This document shows, in pieces, positions 51,847 through 60,239 of a stretch of DNA of 64,000 nucleotides. Below the pieces are notes generated by a model. The model did not search any database, was not told the DNA's origin, and was given only the letters and a program-made list of their open reading frames with translations. The DNA is from an uncultured Gemmatimonadaceae bacterium. GTDB lineage: Bacteria; Gemmatimonadota; Gemmatimonadetes; Gemmatimonadales; Gemmatimonadaceae. Within the stretch, counting starts at the first letter, position 1. Each line of letters opens with the position of its first letter. The stretch is from assembly GCA_963822945.1 (NCBI GenBank), contig CAWGJO010000020.1, forward strand, positions 768,001 to 832,000, read 5' to 3'. A program made the position numbers and the translations under genes.

Positions 51847-52817
51847 TGAACTCTGTAAAACCGATGATCTACGGGATCTGCGTCGCGGCACTACTCACGG
51901 GTAGCGCGTCTTCGGCTCGCGCCCAGGGGACCGATACGACGGGGGTACAGTCGGCATCGGCGATGGATTCCGCGTTCGCGCGCGCGCGGTCGCTCGTGAT
52001 TTCCGGGCAGATCGCCGCTGGGCGGACGATCGTGGATTCCATACTCGCGGCGACACCGGTGGGAACTGCGGCGTACGGCGACGCTCTGTACGGACGTGCT
52101 ACGGTGGCGCCGACGGCAGCCGATGCCGCACAGGACTACCGGCGAATCGTGGTGGAGTACCCGCTGTCGGTACATGCCGGAGATGCACTACTCCAACTGG
52201 CGCAGATCGAACGGTCACAAGGCGACCGCGCATCGGCTATCAATCATCTCGAGCGATTTCTCCGCCAGAACCCGGCCAGCACGAAGCGGGCGCGCACCGG
52301 GCTCTGGCTCGCCCAGCTGCTCTTCGAGCAGAACGACGACGTCCGAGCATGCGGAATTCTCGACCAGGCCCGCAGCGTGATTCCGGCCGGCGATGTGGAA
52401 CTTCAGAACCAGATGAACTTCTACACCCCGCGGTGCAATGCGGCGACGGCGCGTGCGCGAGCCGATTCGGTGGCTCGGGCCGACAGCCTGCACGCGGACT
52501 CCGTGCGCAAGGCCCAACAGCGGAGCCGAGCACGCGCGGAACGGACGCCGAAGCAGCCAACGAAAGCCGGCCAGAGCACAACGTCCGGCGCCGGCGGCTA
52601 CTCGGTACAGGTGGGAGCATTCGCGACATCGGCCGAAGCCGAGAAGCTGGCGACGCGTCTACGCGGGCGCGGCCTCGAGGCACGGGTGGACGGCACGCGC
52701 AAGCCATTCAGGGTTCGCGTGGGGCGATACAAGACACGTAGCGAAGCGACCAGCGCACTGGTGCGGCTCAAGAAGGCCGGGATCAACGGATTCGTCACCG
52801 TTCTCGACCAGCGCTGA
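51843..52817 (+). CDS. Secreted TPR and SPOR-domain protein
   Basis: Signal peptide, TPR-like EYP.S..A.DALLQLA, C-terminal YSVQVGAF...FRVRVG.Y. Confidence 0.87.
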   Translation: MMNSVKPMIYGICVAALLTGSASSARAQGTDTTGVQSASAMDSAFARARSLVISGQIAAGRTIVDSILAATPVGTAAYGDALYGRATVAPTAADAAQDYRRIVVEYPLSVHAGDALLQLAQIERSQGDRASAINHLERFLRQNPASTKRARTGLWLAQLLFEQNDDVRACGILDQARSVIPAGDVELQNQMNFYTPRCNAATARARADSVARADSLHADSVRKAQQRSRARAERTPKQPTKAGQSTTSGAGGYSVQVGAFATSAEAEKLATRLRGRGLEARVDGTRKPFRVRVGRYKTRSEATSALVRLKKAGINGFVTVLDQR

Positions 52818-52822
52818 CCGCC

Positions 52823-55420
52823 ATGGCGCCGACTCCGCTGATGCAGCAGTACCAGGAGATCAAAGCGCGCCATCAGAACGCGATCGTGTTCTTTCGCATG
52901 GGTGAGTTCTACGAGATGTTCTTCGACGACGCCGAACTGGCGGCGCGAATTCTCGGGCTGACACTCACGGCACGGAACAACGGCGGTGCTGCGGACGTAC
53001 CGCTGGCCGGCGTGCCCGTAAAGGCGGCCAGCGATTACATCCGACGTCTGGTCGAGCGCGGGCACCGCGTGGCGATCTGCGAACAGGTGGAAGACCCCAA
53101 ACTCGCCAAAGGGGTCGTGCGGCGTGAGGTGATCGAGACCATCTCGCCGGGCGCCGCGCTGGCGGACGATCTGCTGCAGGGCGGCCGGAACAACTTCATC
53201 TGCGCCGTTTACGCCGCGGGTGCCAGGGTCGGTGTAGCCGCGGCCGACATCTCAACGGGCGAGCTGCGCCTGATCATCAGCACGACTACGGATCTCGAGC
53301 CGCTACTCGCGCGGTTGGCGCCGCGGGAAATGCTGGTCGCGCGTGGCGATACGGACGTGCATGCCGCCCGGATTCCGGGTGTCGAGGGAGCGCTGGTCAC
53401 GGAGCGTGAGGGGTGGGAGTTCGACGCCGCCATGGCACGCGACGACCTGGCGAAGGAGTTCGGCGTCCTCTCGCTGGACGGTCTTGGCCTGGAGGCCGAG
53501 GACACCGCCGCGGTCAGCGCCGCCGGCGCGCTCCTCCGCTACCTGCGTGAGCTGCAACCGTCGGGCGTACGACTGGCGCGACCAAGCGTCGAACGGCCGG
53601 GCGGCGTGATGCCGCTGGACGAGATGACACGCCGCAACCTGGAACTCGTCGAGTCGCTGCGCGGCGGCGATGTCGAAGGCACGCTGGCAGGCGTGCTCGA
53701 CCAGACCAAGACCCCGATGGGGGCGCGGCTCCTCCGGCAGTGGATGCTGGCCCCGCTGACCGACCGCGTGCTCATCGAAGCACGCCTGGATGCCGTGGAG
53801 GCGCTCGTTACCGACGCACTGGCCCGCTCTGCTCTGGTCGGAGCGCTGGACGGTGTGCGCGATATGGAGCGGCTGGCGACGAAGGCGGCGCTGGGGCGAA
53901 GCACTCCCCGAGACCTGAAGGCGCTGGGGCTGTCGTTGTCACGTCTTCCGGATGTGCACGACGCCGTGAGCCGCGTGGGCGGCGCCGGAGCACTGGCCGA
54001 GGTGCTCGCGGATTGGGATCCGTGCAGCGAACTCGCCGCCGCAATCGATGGAACCCTCGTCGAGCGTCCTCCGGTGGCGATCGGCGAGGACGCCACGATC
54101 GCGCCGGGGGTGGATACCGAACTGGACGAACTACGCTCGCTGCGTGACGGCGGAAAGGAAGCGATCGCGCGCATTCAGACCGAGGAGCGGGATCGTACGG
54201 GGATCGGGTCGCTCAAGGTCGGCTACAATCGGGTGTTCGGGTACTTCATCGAAGTCACGAAATCCAACCTGCATCTCGTACCCGACGACTATCAACGGCG
54301 GCAGACGCTCACCGGCGCGGAACGATTCGTGACGCCGGCCCTCAAGGAGTATGAGGAGCGCGTCCTGTCAGCCGCCGAGCAGATCGAAGCCCGGGAACGC
54401 CGACTGTTCGAAGATCTCCGAAGCCGCGCGGGCGGCGAGATCACTCGGCTGCAACGGACGGCCCGGATCGTGGCGGTACTGGATGTCCTGTCGGGACTCG
54501 CCGAGACCGCGGCGCGCGAACATTACGTCCGGCCGACGCTGCACGATGGCTTCGACCTGACGATCACCAGAGGCCGGCATCCGGTAGTAGAGCGGATGAT
54601 GCCACGCGACAAGTTCATTCCGAACGACGTCGTGCTCTCCGAAGACGGGCGGGTGATCATCCTGACCGGTCCGAACATGGCCGGCAAGTCGACGATCCTG
54701 CGGCAGGTCGGGCTGATCGTGTTGATGGCCCAGATGGGGAGCTTCGTACCGGCCTCGCAGGCGGCGATCGGAGTGGTGGACCGCGTGTTCACCCGCGTGG
54801 GCGCGAGCGACAATCTGGTACGTGGTCAGTCGACCTTCATGGTGGAGATGGCCGAAACGAGCGCCATTCTGCACAACGCCACCGCGCGGAGCCTGGTACT
54901 CCTGGACGAAATCGGGCGCGGGACCTCCACCTACGACGGCGTGTCGATCGCCTGGGCGGTGAGCGAGCACCTGCACAACCAGACGGGGTGCAAGACGGTG
55001 TTCGCCACGCACTACCATGAGCTGACGCAACTGGCCGATGAATTAGTAGCAGTTCGGAACTATAACGTCGGTGTACGGGAGGTCGGGGATCAGGTGCTGT
55101 TTCTGCACCGCCTGCAGCCAGGGGGGGCCGATCGCAGCTACGGGATCGAAGTGGGACGCCTGGCCGGGCTCCCGGACACGGTGATCGGACGGGCCCGCGA
55201 GGTCCTCCGCTTGCTGGAGGGAGAGCAACTGGTACCGGCGCTCCAACGTCGTGGGCAAGGGGGGCGCGCTTCCGAAGCGCCGTCCACGCCACAACTCGGC
55301 CTGTTCGGCGCCGAGGAGCATCCGGCGGTGAAACAGCTACGGACGGTGGATGTCGACAACCTCACGCCGCTCGAGGCCCTGACGCTGCTGAACGGCCTGG
55401 TACGCCAGGCAAAGGGCTAA
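52823..55420 (+). CDS. mutS: DNA mismatch repair protein MutS
   Basis: TPLMQQY, FRMGEFYE.F, TGPNMAGKST, STFMVEM, DEIGRGT, C-terminal QLGLF clamp motif. Confidence 0.98.
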   Translation: MAPTPLMQQYQEIKARHQNAIVFFRMGEFYEMFFDDAELAARILGLTLTARNNGGAADVPLAGVPVKAASDYIRRLVERGHRVAICEQVEDPKLAKGVVRREVIETISPGAALADDLLQGGRNNFICAVYAAGARVGVAAADISTGELRLIISTTTDLEPLLARLAPREMLVARGDTDVHAARIPGVEGALVTEREGWEFDAAMARDDLAKEFGVLSLDGLGLEAEDTAAVSAAGALLRYLRELQPSGVRLARPSVERPGGVMPLDEMTRRNLELVESLRGGDVEGTLAGVLDQTKTPMGARLLRQWMLAPLTDRVLIEARLDAVEALVTDALARSALVGALDGVRDMERLATKAALGRSTPRDLKALGLSLSRLPDVHDAVSRVGGAGALAEVLADWDPCSELAAAIDGTLVERPPVAIGEDATIAPGVDTELDELRSLRDGGKEAIARIQTEERDRTGIGSLKVGYNRVFGYFIEVTKSNLHLVPDDYQRRQTLTGAERFVTPALKEYEERVLSAAEQIEARERRLFEDLRSRAGGEITRLQRTARIVAVLDVLSGLAETAAREHYVRPTLHDGFDLTITRGRHPVVERMMPRDKFIPNDVVLSEDGRVIILTGPNMAGKSTILRQVGLIVLMAQMGSFVPASQAAIGVVDRVFTRVGASDNLVRGQSTFMVEMAETSAILHNATARSLVLLDEIGRGTSTYDGVSIAWAVSEHLHNQTGCKTVFATHYHELTQLADELVAVRNYNVGVREVGDQVLFLHRLQPGGADRSYGIEVGRLAGLPDTVIGRAREVLRLLEGEQLVPALQRRGQGGRASEAPSTPQLGLFGAEEHPAVKQLRTVDVDNLTPLEALTLLNGLVRQAKG

Positions 55421-55535
55421 TGACGGAGAGCCCGTGGAGGGCGCTCGGACGCGACCTCGGCTCCCCGGGTCGAAACGCATGCAACGCGCTAACTTGGGAG
55501 CAACCTCAACCTTTCAACTGCGGCACCGACTCCCG

Positions 55536-56930
55536 ATGACGACGATTCGCAATCGCAAACCCTACGACAACGTCCTTCAAACCATCGGTTGGACTCCACT
55601 GATCCGATTGCACCGGGTCACACAGGGGGTTCGAACGCCGGTGTACGGCAAGGCCGAGTTCTTCAATCCGGGAGGGTCGGTAAAGGACCGGATCGGACTG
55701 CCGATCATCGAACGAGCAGAGCGCGAGGGAGGACTCAAGCCCGGCGGAACGATCGTCGAGGGAACGAGCGGCAACACGGGCGTCGGCCTCGCCATCGCCG
55801 CGGCGCTCAAGGGGTACCGGTGCATCTTCACGCTTCCCGACAAGATGTCGCAGGAGAAGGTGCGGCTGCTCAAGGCGTTCGGGGCCGAGGTGATCATCAC
55901 GCCGACCGCGGTGCCGCCCGATCATCCGGACAACTACGTGATGATGGCCAAGCGGATCGCCAAGGAGACCCCGAACGCGGTACTGGCCAACCAGTTCTAC
56001 AACGAAGCGAATCCCCAGGCGCATTACGACACCACGGGGCCCGAACTCTGGGAACAGAGCGAAGGCCGGATCACGCATTTCGTCGCCGCGGCCGGTACGG
56101 GCGGAACGCTGTCAGGCGTTGGGCGCTACCTGAAAGAGAAGAACCCGAAGATCCAGATCATTGCGGGCGATCCGGTGGGCTCGATTCTCGCCAATCTCTG
56201 GCGCAGCAAGGGCAAGAACGAGGGTGAAGGGGCACCGTACAAGGTGGAGGGCATCGGACAGGACAAGCTGCCCGGAACGCTCGACATGTCGGTGATCGAC
56301 GACTACGTCAGCGTCACCGACAAGGATGCCTTTGCGATGTCACGCCGGCTGACGCGTGAGGAGGGGCTGTTCGTGGGCGGGTCGGCCGGGCTGATCACGC
56401 ACGTGGCGCTGGAGGTGGCGAAGCGAATCGACGACCCCGGTGCGTTCGTGGTCACGTTCCTCTGCGACACGGGGGAGCGCTATCTGTCGAAGCTGTACAA
56501 CGACGAATGGATGCGTGAAAACCAATTGCTGGACGGCGACCACACGACGCTGGCGCAGGTCGTGGGGAGCAAGCCGACGACGGCTCAGCCCATCGTCAGT
56601 GTGGCTCCGGGCGCGAGTGTCCGGCAGGCGTTGCGGTTGATGTCGCTGCACGATGTCTCGCAACTCCCGGTGATGGACGGCGCGAATTGCGTGGGTTCGG
56701 TGAGCGAGTGGTCGCTCTCCGGGAAAGGGCTGGAGAACAGCAAGGTGCTCGACGCAGCAGTGGCCGAGGTCATGGACGCGCCCTTCCCCGTGGTGGATGC
56801 AGCGCAACCGGTGGACACGGTGGCGGCGCTGCTCTCCAAGGCCAATCCCGCGGTGCTCGTCCACGCCAATGGGGCTCCCACCGGCATCGTGACCCGTTCG
56901 GACATGCTGTCGTACCTGATGGCGAGATAG
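55536..56930 (+). CDS. Cystathionine beta-synthase (PLP enzyme with C-terminal CBS domain pair)
   Basis: NPGGSVKDR, TSGNTG, GTGGT, VEGIG, RYLSK; CBS repeats. Confidence 0.9.
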   Translation: MTTIRNRKPYDNVLQTIGWTPLIRLHRVTQGVRTPVYGKAEFFNPGGSVKDRIGLPIIERAEREGGLKPGGTIVEGTSGNTGVGLAIAAALKGYRCIFTLPDKMSQEKVRLLKAFGAEVIITPTAVPPDHPDNYVMMAKRIAKETPNAVLANQFYNEANPQAHYDTTGPELWEQSEGRITHFVAAAGTGGTLSGVGRYLKEKNPKIQIIAGDPVGSILANLWRSKGKNEGEGAPYKVEGIGQDKLPGTLDMSVIDDYVSVTDKDAFAMSRRLTREEGLFVGGSAGLITHVALEVAKRIDDPGAFVVTFLCDTGERYLSKLYNDEWMRENQLLDGDHTTLAQVVGSKPTTAQPIVSVAPGASVRQALRLMSLHDVSQLPVMDGANCVGSVSEWSLSGKGLENSKVLDAAVAEVMDAPFPVVDAAQPVDTVAALLSKANPAVLVHANGAPTGIVTRSDMLSYLMAR

Positions 56931-56966
56931 CGCTCGCCGACCCCCACCCCCACCGTACACACGCTC

Positions 56967-57984
56967 GTGCACATCACCGTTCTGCTGGGTGGCACCTCTT
57001 CGGAGCGCGATGTTTCCATCGCGTCGGGACTCCGCATCGCGGAAGCACTGCGGACCCGCGGACATCAGGTCGCCACCGTGGATACGGCGCACGGTCCGCT
57101 GAGCATGGACGAGGAACTTGCCCTCATCCGAGGAGCCGGTGATGAAGACGGCGCCCCCCTCCCGGGAGGCACTGGAGGAGATGGGGCGGAACGTACTGGG
57201 CCGGCTGGCGGAATTCCTGCCAAGCCCGGGCGACACGGACGTGGTGTTCGTGGCACTGCACGGCGGTACGGGCGAGGACGGCACCTTGCAGGCCCTGCTC
57301 GATCTGGTAGGGCTGCCCTATACGGGGAGTGGCCACCTGGCGAGCGCGTTGGCGATGGACAAGGATCTGTCGAAGCGGCTCTTCCGGGCGGCGGGGGTGC
57401 GCACGGCCGACTGGTTGATGGCACCCGCCGGCGTGGACGAGGTGGAAGCCAGTCTCGGGATGCCGGTCATCGTCAAGCCCTCGCGTGAGGGATCGACCGT
57501 GGGGCTGACGCTGGTGAAACGACCGGTCGAATTCGAAGCAGCGGTTTCGGAAGCGCAGCGCTACGACACCGAAGTGATGATCGAGCGATACATTCCGGGC
57601 CGAGAGCTGACGGTGGGAATTCTCGGCAACGACCCGCTCCCGGTTGGCGAGATCATTCCGAAGCACGAGATTTACGACTACGAGTGCAAGTACACGCCGG
57701 GCATGGCCGAAGAGCGGTTCCCGGCGGATATTTCTCCAGAGCAGGCGAAGGCGTTGCAGCGGCAGGCCCTGGATGCATTTCGGGCGTTGAAGCTGAGCGG
57801 TTACGCGCGCATCGACTTTCGACTGACCGAAGCCGGCGAGTCCTACTGTCTCGAAGCGAACACACTGCCGGGCATGACCGAGCTGAGTCTGATCCCACAG
57901 GGCGCGGCGGCGGCAGGAATCACGTTTCCCGAACTATGTGAGCGCATTGCCATGCTGGCACTGACCGGACGAGGGAGGGGTTGA
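56967..57984 (+). CDS. ddl: D-alanine--D-alanine ligase, split by one frameshift near 57130-57138
   Basis: First frame: LLGGTSSERDVSIASG. Second frame: LHGG.GEDG..Q, SALAMDK, VKP..EGST, YDYECKY, EANTLPGMT..S. Confidence 0.92.
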
Positions 57985-58634
57985 TGGCAGTCGTGCCTCC
58001 AACTGCGGCGCTGGCGGGGGTTCCCGCCGGCGTGCAGGCGAATGGGCTCTGGCTGGGACGGCGGCAGCTGTTCGTGCGATTCGCCGCGGAAGCCGAAACG
58101 GCCACGATGTACACGCCGGATGCCCTGAGCACCGAGCTCGAGAAGCTGACAGGGCGCTCGACCTACCACTCGATCAGCGTGAGCGGCCGGGATCCGATGG
58201 CCAATGCCGCGTTTCTGCAGACGGCCTTCGAGTCACGCGCGCCGCGACTGCCCGTCATGGTGGACTGCGACGGTCAGCGGCCGGAGGCCGTGCCGATGCT
58301 GGCGCGATTCCTGGGGTTGTACCAGGTGACCCTGGAAGGGAAGCCGGCAGACTCGGCGGTGGAGCGCGCCATCGCCTCACTGAAGGCCGCGGCGGCGGCG
58401 GCCAAACCGCATGCTCTGGTACTGGCGCCGGACGACCGTACAACGGACGGTCAGATTCTCCGGGTGTTGTCGCAGGCCCACCTGGCCAGCCCGCAGGTTG
58501 CGGTGGTGGTGCACCCCCCACTGGAAGGAACGGGGGAAAACCGGCGCTGGCTTACGTTTATGGAGCAGGCCTCGACGCTGCACGCTGACATCCGGCTGCT
58601 GCCACGTCTTTCGCGACCCACCGGAATGCGCTAG
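57984..58634 (+). CDS. QueE-like protein lacking the radical-SAM cysteine motif
   Basis: VQANGLWLGRRQLFVRFA, HSISVSGRDP and DIRLLPRL...GMR parallel QueE motifs; no CxxxCxxC; TGATG coupling to ddl. Confidence 0.75.
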   Translation: MAVVPPTAALAGVPAGVQANGLWLGRRQLFVRFAAEAETATMYTPDALSTELEKLTGRSTYHSISVSGRDPMANAAFLQTAFESRAPRLPVMVDCDGQRPEAVPMLARFLGLYQVTLEGKPADSAVERAIASLKAAAAAAKPHALVLAPDDRTTDGQILRVLSQAHLASPQVAVVVHPPLEGTGENRRWLTFMEQASTLHADIRLLPRLSRPTGMR

Positions 58635-58700
58635 GGTGAGCCAGGGGCTGGCGTAGCGGCGCCGGACCCGGCATGCTCTATAGTAGGGAGCCGTCCAACG

Positions 58701-59627
58701 ATGGGCGGCGAGCATCTCGGGGTTCCAATGGGATTTCCAAGCACAGACCAGACGGAGCTACACCACATCACGCCAGCCGTCCGATGGCTTGCCATCGCGT
58801 GGCTGGGGGTCGCGTTGTTGCAGGCGACCGTCGTGACGCCAGCCGACATGATGCATTGGCTGGCATTCCGGCCGTTGCTGGTGGAGCACGCGTGGTGGAC
58901 CCCGTTGAGCTATGCGTTCGTGCCGGACGGAATCGGCATGCTGGCGGTGGCGCTGTTCGCGTTGCTGCTGTTCGGGCCGCGCGTGGAACGCGTGTGGGGG
59001 ACGAAGGTCTTCAGCGCCTACTTTCTCTGGTGCGTGGCCGGCGGAGCCCTGGTGCACGGCATGTTCGTGCGCAGCGGAACACTGGCCGGGCCGAGCGCGG
59101 GCCTGTTCGGGGTGATGTTGGCGTACGCCTGGCTGTGGCCGAAGGAAGAGGTGTTCCTGTTCGGCGTGTTGCCGGTGCGGGTATGGACCATGGTCACCGC
59201 AGCGGCGGTGCTCCTCCTGTCGCTCGGTGTGACGGACGGTGGCGCGAGCGGATGGGGCTCTCTCGCGCATCTCGGCGGCTTCGTGTTCGCCGTGCTGTAC
59301 CTGAAGCGACCGAACCCGGCGAGCATCGACGAACTGCGACACCGGATGGCTCCGGCGCCGGATCCGACGGACGAAACCCCCCGTGCGATTCCCCGGACGC
59401 TTCCGCGGTCGCGGCGTGGCGACGAAGTGGACGAGATCGTGGCGCAGAGCAAGGCCGCGGTGGCAGAGCGGCCGGCACGCACGGCCCGAACCTCGACGAC
59501 GCGCGATGCGAAGCGCGAGGCGCTGAACCGCGTGTTGGACAAGATCTCGGAGCAGGGGCTGGACAGCCTGACCCCGCAGGACCGGACGCTGCTGGAAGAG
59601 ATGTCTCGGCGGCTCAGGGGCCGCTGA
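58701..59627 (+). CDS. Rhomboid-family intramembrane serine protease with C-terminal helical (DUF6576-like) domain
   Basis: WTP.SYAF, FG.RVE..WG, GPSAG (Ser), AHLGG (His), LNRVLDKISEQGLDSLT. Confidence 0.88.
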   Translation: MGGEHLGVPMGFPSTDQTELHHITPAVRWLAIAWLGVALLQATVVTPADMMHWLAFRPLLVEHAWWTPLSYAFVPDGIGMLAVALFALLLFGPRVERVWGTKVFSAYFLWCVAGGALVHGMFVRSGTLAGPSAGLFGVMLAYAWLWPKEEVFLFGVLPVRVWTMVTAAAVLLLSLGVTDGGASGWGSLAHLGGFVFAVLYLKRPNPASIDELRHRMAPAPDPTDETPRAIPRTLPRSRRGDEVDEIVAQSKAAVAERPARTARTSTTRDAKREALNRVLDKISEQGLDSLTPQDRTLLEEMSRRLRGR

Positions 59628-59758
59628 CGAGAAAGCCCCCCGGACTTGCCGGGGGGCGGGACCGCCACGCCGTTCTCGCGGCGGCGACGGCAGGTGAGAA
59701 GAGTCCACCTGCTCACGGCCAACGTACCACCTCATGGCGGAATGCGCCAGAACCAAAT

Positions 59759-60148
59759 ATGCCCAAGCCCGAACTGCTCGAAACCTTCCCCAATCCGTAC
59801 GCGGATCGTGACTACGAGATCCGGATGGAATGCAACGAATTCACATCGTTGTGCCCACTCGGCGGCGTGGAGAGCGATGCCGAGGAATTGAAGTTGCTGG
59901 AAGGCGGCGCTCCGGACTTCGGCACGATCACCATCGCCTATACACCCGACAAGCTCTGTCTGGAGCTCAAGAGTCTGAAGTTGTACCTGTGGAGCTTCCG
60001 CAACGACGGGATCTTCTACGAGCGCGCGGTGAACCGGATTCTGGACGATCTGTCGAGCACGTGTCGGCCGCGGTCGATGGAGGTGGTGGGGGACTTCAAT
60101 GTGCGCGGGGGGATCAAGTCGGTGATCAGGGCGCGAAAGGCGGTCTGA
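59759..60148 (+). CDS. queF: NADPH-dependent preQ0 reductase, unimodular type, with an insertion
   Basis: LETFPNP, EFTSLCP...PDFG, ELKSLKLYL.SFRN (QueF motif), F.VRGGI. Confidence 0.9.
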   Translation: MPKPELLETFPNPYADRDYEIRMECNEFTSLCPLGGVESDAEELKLLEGGAPDFGTITIAYTPDKLCLELKSLKLYLWSFRNDGIFYERAVNRILDDLSSTCRPRSMEVVGDFNVRGGIKSVIRARKAV

Positions 60149-60174
60149 CAGTCGGACAGTCGGACAGTCGGACA
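60143..60174 (+). repeat. Tandem 8-bp repeat (GTCGGACA x3 plus one variant copy)
   Basis: GTCTGACA GTCGGACA GTCGGACA GTCGGACA directly at the queF stop. Confidence 0.85.
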
Positions 60175-60178
60175 GGAA

Positions 60179-60214
60179 AACGGCGGTGAATCCAGTCATG
60201 GATCCACCGCCGTT
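60179..60214. terminator. Hairpin terminator between the convergent queF and TonB receptor genes
   Basis: AACGGCGGTG..TCCA-GTCA-TGGA..CACCGCCGTT. Confidence 0.75.
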
Positions 60215-60239
60215 GTCATTTCCGACCTACCGACAAGTA

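Noticed and set aside
59628..59758. Canonical preQ1 riboswitch before queF
   Set aside because: No AGAGGTTCTAG-type stem-loop or A-rich tail seen; kept only as a generic structured-leader candidate.
60143..60235. GTCGGACA repeats as a possible CRISPR or mobile-element end
   Set aside because: 8-bp units without spacers, and no cas or transposase gene; treated as a simple repeat next to a terminator.
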